Below are positions 60,839 to 64,000 of a stretch of 64,000 nt of DNA, one piece after another. The notes beneath the pieces were generated by a model. The model was not told the DNA's origin, searched no databases, and saw only the letters and a list, made by a program, of their open reading frames with translations. A program made the position numbers and the translations under genes. The DNA comes from Patescibacteria group bacterium (GTDB lineage Bacteria; Patescibacteriota; UBA1384; XYA2-FULL-43-10; 1-14-0-10-43-13). Position 1 is the stretch's first letter. Every line of letters starts with the position of its first letter. The stretch is taken from the NCBI GenBank assembly GCA_041666325.1, contig JBAYHC010000001.1, forward strand, positions 137,708-201,707, read 5' to 3'.

Positions 60839-63700
60839 TTACTTCTGGGCCGCCAAAACCACTTCCTTGCTATTCAATTTTAACTCCTCACGTAAATACT
60901 TGCCTGTGTATGAAACAGGATGAGCTGCAATTTCTTCTGGAGTTCCGACAGCAACAATCTCGCCGCCTTTGTCTCCGCCCTCGGGCCCCAAATCGACAAT
61001 ATAATCAGAAGATTTGATAACATCCAGATTGTGTTCGATAACGATAACCGTGTTTCCCTTCTCAACAAGCGCACTAAGCACAATCAGCAAACGCCTAATA
61101 TCCTCAAAGTGGAGACCGGTTGTTGGTTCATCAAGTATATACAACGTCTTACCGGTGCTCCTGTGAGATAGTTCTGTCGCCAACTTGATTCGCTGGGCTT
61201 CACCGCCAGAAAGTGTTGTCGCTGGCTGCCCAAGCTTGACATAGCCAAGCCCAACATCAACCAAGACTTGTAGTTTCTGTTGAATGGTCGGGATATTTGA
61301 GAAAAATGTGAGTGCCTCCTCAACGGTCATACCCAGAACGTCAGCAATACTCTTGCCTTTGTAGTGAACATCAAGCGCCTCTTTATTATATCGTTTCCCC
61401 TTGCACTCCTCGCATGTCACATAAACATCGGGCAAAAAATGCATCTCAATCTTTAGCACCCCCTCACCCCGGCACTTCTCACATCGCCCACCTTTGACAT
61501 TGAATGAAAACCGACCAGCACGATATCCTCTCATTTTTGCCTCTGGCGTTACTGCAAACAGCTCCCGAATTGTTGTGAATACTCCAGTATAGGTTGCTGG
61601 ATTTGATCTAGGTGACTTACCGATAGGAGATTGATCGATGTCAATTATCTTGTCGAGTTCTTTCGTGCCTCTAATCTCTTTGTGCTTGCCAGGAGTCGAT
61701 CTAGCATGATGAAACTGCTGAGATAAGGCCTTAGCCAAAATATCGTTAACTAATGTTGATTTACCAGAGCCAGAAACCCCTGTTACACACGTAAGCGTAT
61801 TTAAAGGAATTCTTGCAGAAACGTTTTTTAGGTTATTCTCCTCCGCGCCAATAATCTCCAAGTAATTTCCCGACCCAGGCCTCCTGATGGCCGGCAGCTC
61901 GATCTGACGCTTTCCGGATAAGTATTGGCCAGTCAGAGACTCCTTCGACTTCAAAATTTGGTCTGGCGTTCCGTCAAAGACAATTTCGCCACCATGCTCA
62001 CCAGCACCCGGCCCGATATCGATGATCCAATCCGCGTTCATCATCATCTCTTTATCGTGTTCAACAATAATAATCGAATTACCAAGCTCTTTCAGGTTCT
62101 TTATCGTTTTGATCAATCTATCATTATCCCTTTGATGCAGGCCAATTGATGGCTCATCGAGAATATATAAAACGCCCATCAAACCAGATCCAATCTGAGT
62201 TGCAAGCCTAATTCTCTGCGCCTCGCCTCCGGCCAATGTTGCAGCGTTCCTGTTCAGAGAAAGATAAGACAACCCAACATCCATCAAAAATTTGAGTCTT
62301 TCTCTTATCTCCTTAATCAGCCTTTCTCCAATAATGCGTTGCTCTGGCGTGAGAGAGTCCGGCAATTTATCAAAAAACTCAGTACTTTTCTCAACCGTAA
62401 GCTCGGAAACGTCATATATGTTCTTGCCGGCGACCAAAACACCCAGCACTTCCTTCTTAAGTCTTTTGCCCTTGCAAGAAGGACATTGCTGTACAACCAT
62501 ATACTTGTCAATTTCTTTCTTGACATAGTCCGACTGGGTCTCCTTGTACCGACGCTGGAGATTTGGTATGACACCTTCATACTTTGTTTCATAACCGAAC
62601 ACATTATATGTCTCTTCACCTGTACCATAAAGAATGGTCTTGAGGTCATCCTTGGAAAGTTGCGACACGGATTTGTCCATGTCAATTTTGTGCTTCTTGG
62701 CTACCGCCTTAAGAATATTCAAATACCAGCTGAGATTAGCCGAACTTCTGGACCAAGGCCTAATAGCGCCTTCGTTTATTGTTAGACGAGGATTAGGCAG
62801 AACCAAGTGGGGATCAATTTCCTGACGAACGCCAAGACCCTGGCAAACTGGGCACGCACCATGAGGCGAATTAAACGAAAATGATCTCGGCGTAATTTCA
62901 GTGAGAGAAAAACCACACTTGGGACAGGCAAACAACTCCGAGTAAGCAGTCTCTTTTTCTGTTTCGTAGTTATAGACAATGACCTTGCCCTGAGAAGCGG
63001 CCAGAGATTTTTCTACCGAATCGTATAATCGTTTGCGCGCAGATTCGTCCATCTCGTCCGGCTCCAGGATAAGGCGGTCTACCACCACTTCTATGGTATG
63101 TTTTGTCTGCTTATCAATCTCTTTACTCTCAGCTTCATCCAGATCCATGATTATTCCATCCAGACGAACTCTGGCATACCCAAGCTTCAAGATCTTGTTA
63201 AATACATCCTTGTGCTCACCTTTCTTATCCGCTACCAACGGAGCAATGAGCGCCACTCGACGAGTTTTCTTGCTTTCGGCCAAGATGTATTCAACGATCT
63301 GCCCAACTGTCTGCCTGGTAACAGGTACACCACAATCCGGACAGTGAATTATTCCGGCCCGAGCAAAGAGAACCCTTAGATAGTCATAAATCTCGGTAAC
63401 TGTGCCAACAGTGGAACGAGGATTCCTCGAAGCAGACTTCTGATCGATCGATATAGCCGGAGACAGACCCTCGATGTAATCGACATCTGGCTTTTCCATG
63501 AGACCCAGAAATTGCCTAGCATAAGAGGACAGGGACTCAACATACCTTCTTTGCCCTTCGGCATAGAGTGTATCAAAAGCAAGGGACGACTTGCCGGAGC
63601 CCGAGAGACCAGTGATGACGACAAGCTTATCGCGAGGAATTTCAAGAGAAACATTTTTAAGATTATGCTCTCTTGCACCTCTTATTTTAATTGATTCCAT
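60839..63700 (-). CDS. uvrA: Excinuclease ABC subunit A
   Basis: Two ABC ATPase modules ([14 protein letters not shown] and [14 protein letters not shown]) and zinc-finger Cys clusters. The probable start is [16 protein letters not shown]; the ORF-track start at 63775 extends into the leader. Confidence 0.93.
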   Translation of the reverse strand: MESIKIRGAREHNLKNVSLEIPRDKLVVITGLSGSGKSSLAFDTLYAEGQRRYVESLSSYARQFLGLMEKPDVDYIEGLSPAISIDQKSASRNPRSTVGTVTEIYDYLRVLFARAGIIHCPDCGVPVTRQTVGQIVEYILAESKKTRRVALIAPLVADKKGEHKDVFNKILKLGYARVRLDGIIMDLDEAESKEIDKQTKHTIEVVVDRLILEPDEMDESARKRLYDSVEKSLAASQGKVIVYNYETEKETAYSELFACPKCGFSLTEITPRSFSFNSPHGACPVCQGLGVRQEIDPHLVLPNPRLTINEGAIRPWSRSSANLSWYLNILKAVAKKHKIDMDKSVSQLSKDDLKTILYGTGEETYNVFGYETKYEGVIPNLQRRYKETQSDYVKKEIDKYMVVQQCPSCKGKRLKKEVLGVLVAGKNIYDVSELTVEKSTEFFDKLPDSLTPEQRIIGERLIKEIRERLKFLMDVGLSYLSLNRNAATLAGGEAQRIRLATQIGSGLMGVLYILDEPSIGLHQRDNDRLIKTIKNLKELGNSIIIVEHDKEMMMNADWIIDIGPGAGEHGGEIVFDGTPDQILKSKESLTGQYLSGKRQIELPAIRRPGSGNYLEIIGAEENNLKNVSARIPLNTLTCVTGVSGSGKSTLVNDILAKALSQQFHHARSTPGKHKEIRGTKELDKIIDIDQSPIGKSPRSNPATYTGVFTTIRELFAVTPEAKMRGYRAGRFSFNVKGGRCEKCRGEGVLKIEMHFLPDVYVTCEECKGKRYNKEALDVHYKGKSIADVLGMTVEEALTFFSNIPTIQQKLQVLVDVGLGYVKLGQPATTLSGGEAQRIKLATELSHRSTGKTLYILDEPTTGLHFEDIRRLLIVLSALVEKGNTVIVIEHNLDVIKSSDYIVDLGPEGGDKGGEIVAVGTPEEIAAHPVSYTGKYLREELKLNSKEVVLAAQK

Positions 63701-63738
63701 ACAATCTTTCCCTTTATATAGCAAGATAAAAAGTAATG

Positions 63739-63839
63739 TGCTGCGATACAAGGCGCAACAAGAAGCGAAGCGCACTTATTGCAAGATATAAACGATGTGC
63801 TAAATACAAGGCGCAACAAGAAGCGAAGCGCACTTATTT
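63739..63839. repeat. Two direct copies of a ~42-nt element (GTGCTnnnATACAAGGCGCAACAAGAAGCGAAGCGCACTTAT), 59 nt apart, upstream of uvrA; candidate operator or iteron sites
   Basis: Copies at 63739-63780 and 63798-63839 are identical over 34 nt. A TATAAT lies at 63856-63861 on the plus strand. Confidence 0.75.
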
Positions 63840-64000
63840 TAGCTGTATAATTTTACCACCTTTGTCAATCCTAAACAAGACCAAAAATCAGCCCGAACAA
63901 ACAAAAGAACAAGAGTCTGCAATCGCGGTGATAATTTGAAGCTAATCATGAAAGCGGGCAAGGCATGCTTGATGCCTTGTGGTTCCGGCCTTCAAACCAA

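Noticed and set aside
63739-63839. CRISPR array
   Set aside because: There are only two repeat copies with a 17-nt spacer and no cas genes. It is better explained as operator or direct repeats.

Overview
This 64 kb window reads as a segment of a small, roughly 45-48% GC bacterial chromosome. GC values here and below are eyeball estimates. Almost all genes are on the minus strand. The genome looks reduced, like a Patescibacteria/CPR organism and possibly a Saccharibacteria-like one; that call is inference only. Support for it is the broken-up core operons, a DUF4012 protein, a def-fmt fusion, no tRNAs and no rRNAs. The genetic code is standard: TGA and TAA stops are in use.

Core genes found (translated by eye):
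- fusA (5' part only), rpsG, rpsL, rpoC, rpoB
- obg, a cdaA-cdaR operon plus a LysM-CHAP cell-wall hydrolase, ligT
- infB, gyrA, gyrB, uvrB, trmD, a KH-domain protein, rpsP
- a fused def-fmt gene, galE, priA, der
- lepB, lgt, a traR-like gene, lspA, rplT, rpmI, infC, uvrA
- the RNase P RNA gene (rnpB), sitting between uvrA and infC

At least seven GC-rich islands (about 57-70% GC) interrupt this backbone. They carry WD40-like beta-propeller genes and orphan genes. Several have their own near-consensus sigma70 promoters and rho-independent terminators. One of them splits the classic rpsL-rpsG-fusA operon.

The most system-like novelty is a stand-alone reverse transcriptase (49461-50438, minus strand). 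A promoter-driven, GC-rich, stop-codon-poor non-coding region of about 265 nt lies directly upstream, and the RT has its own terminator. It is inserted between galE and def-fmt. I read it as a candidate retron-like or DRT-like RT plus ncRNA module, or a DGR with a remote variable repeat.

Other notable items:
- a 1174-aa glycine-zipper multi-TM protein with a co-transcribed acidic partner
- a dispersed repeat family of about 55 nt (CTTACGCC...) with four copies
- tandem 42-nt repeats upstream of uvrA
- an 18-aa ORF with a strong Shine-Dalgarno site flanked by a 12-bp inverted repeat, upstream of der
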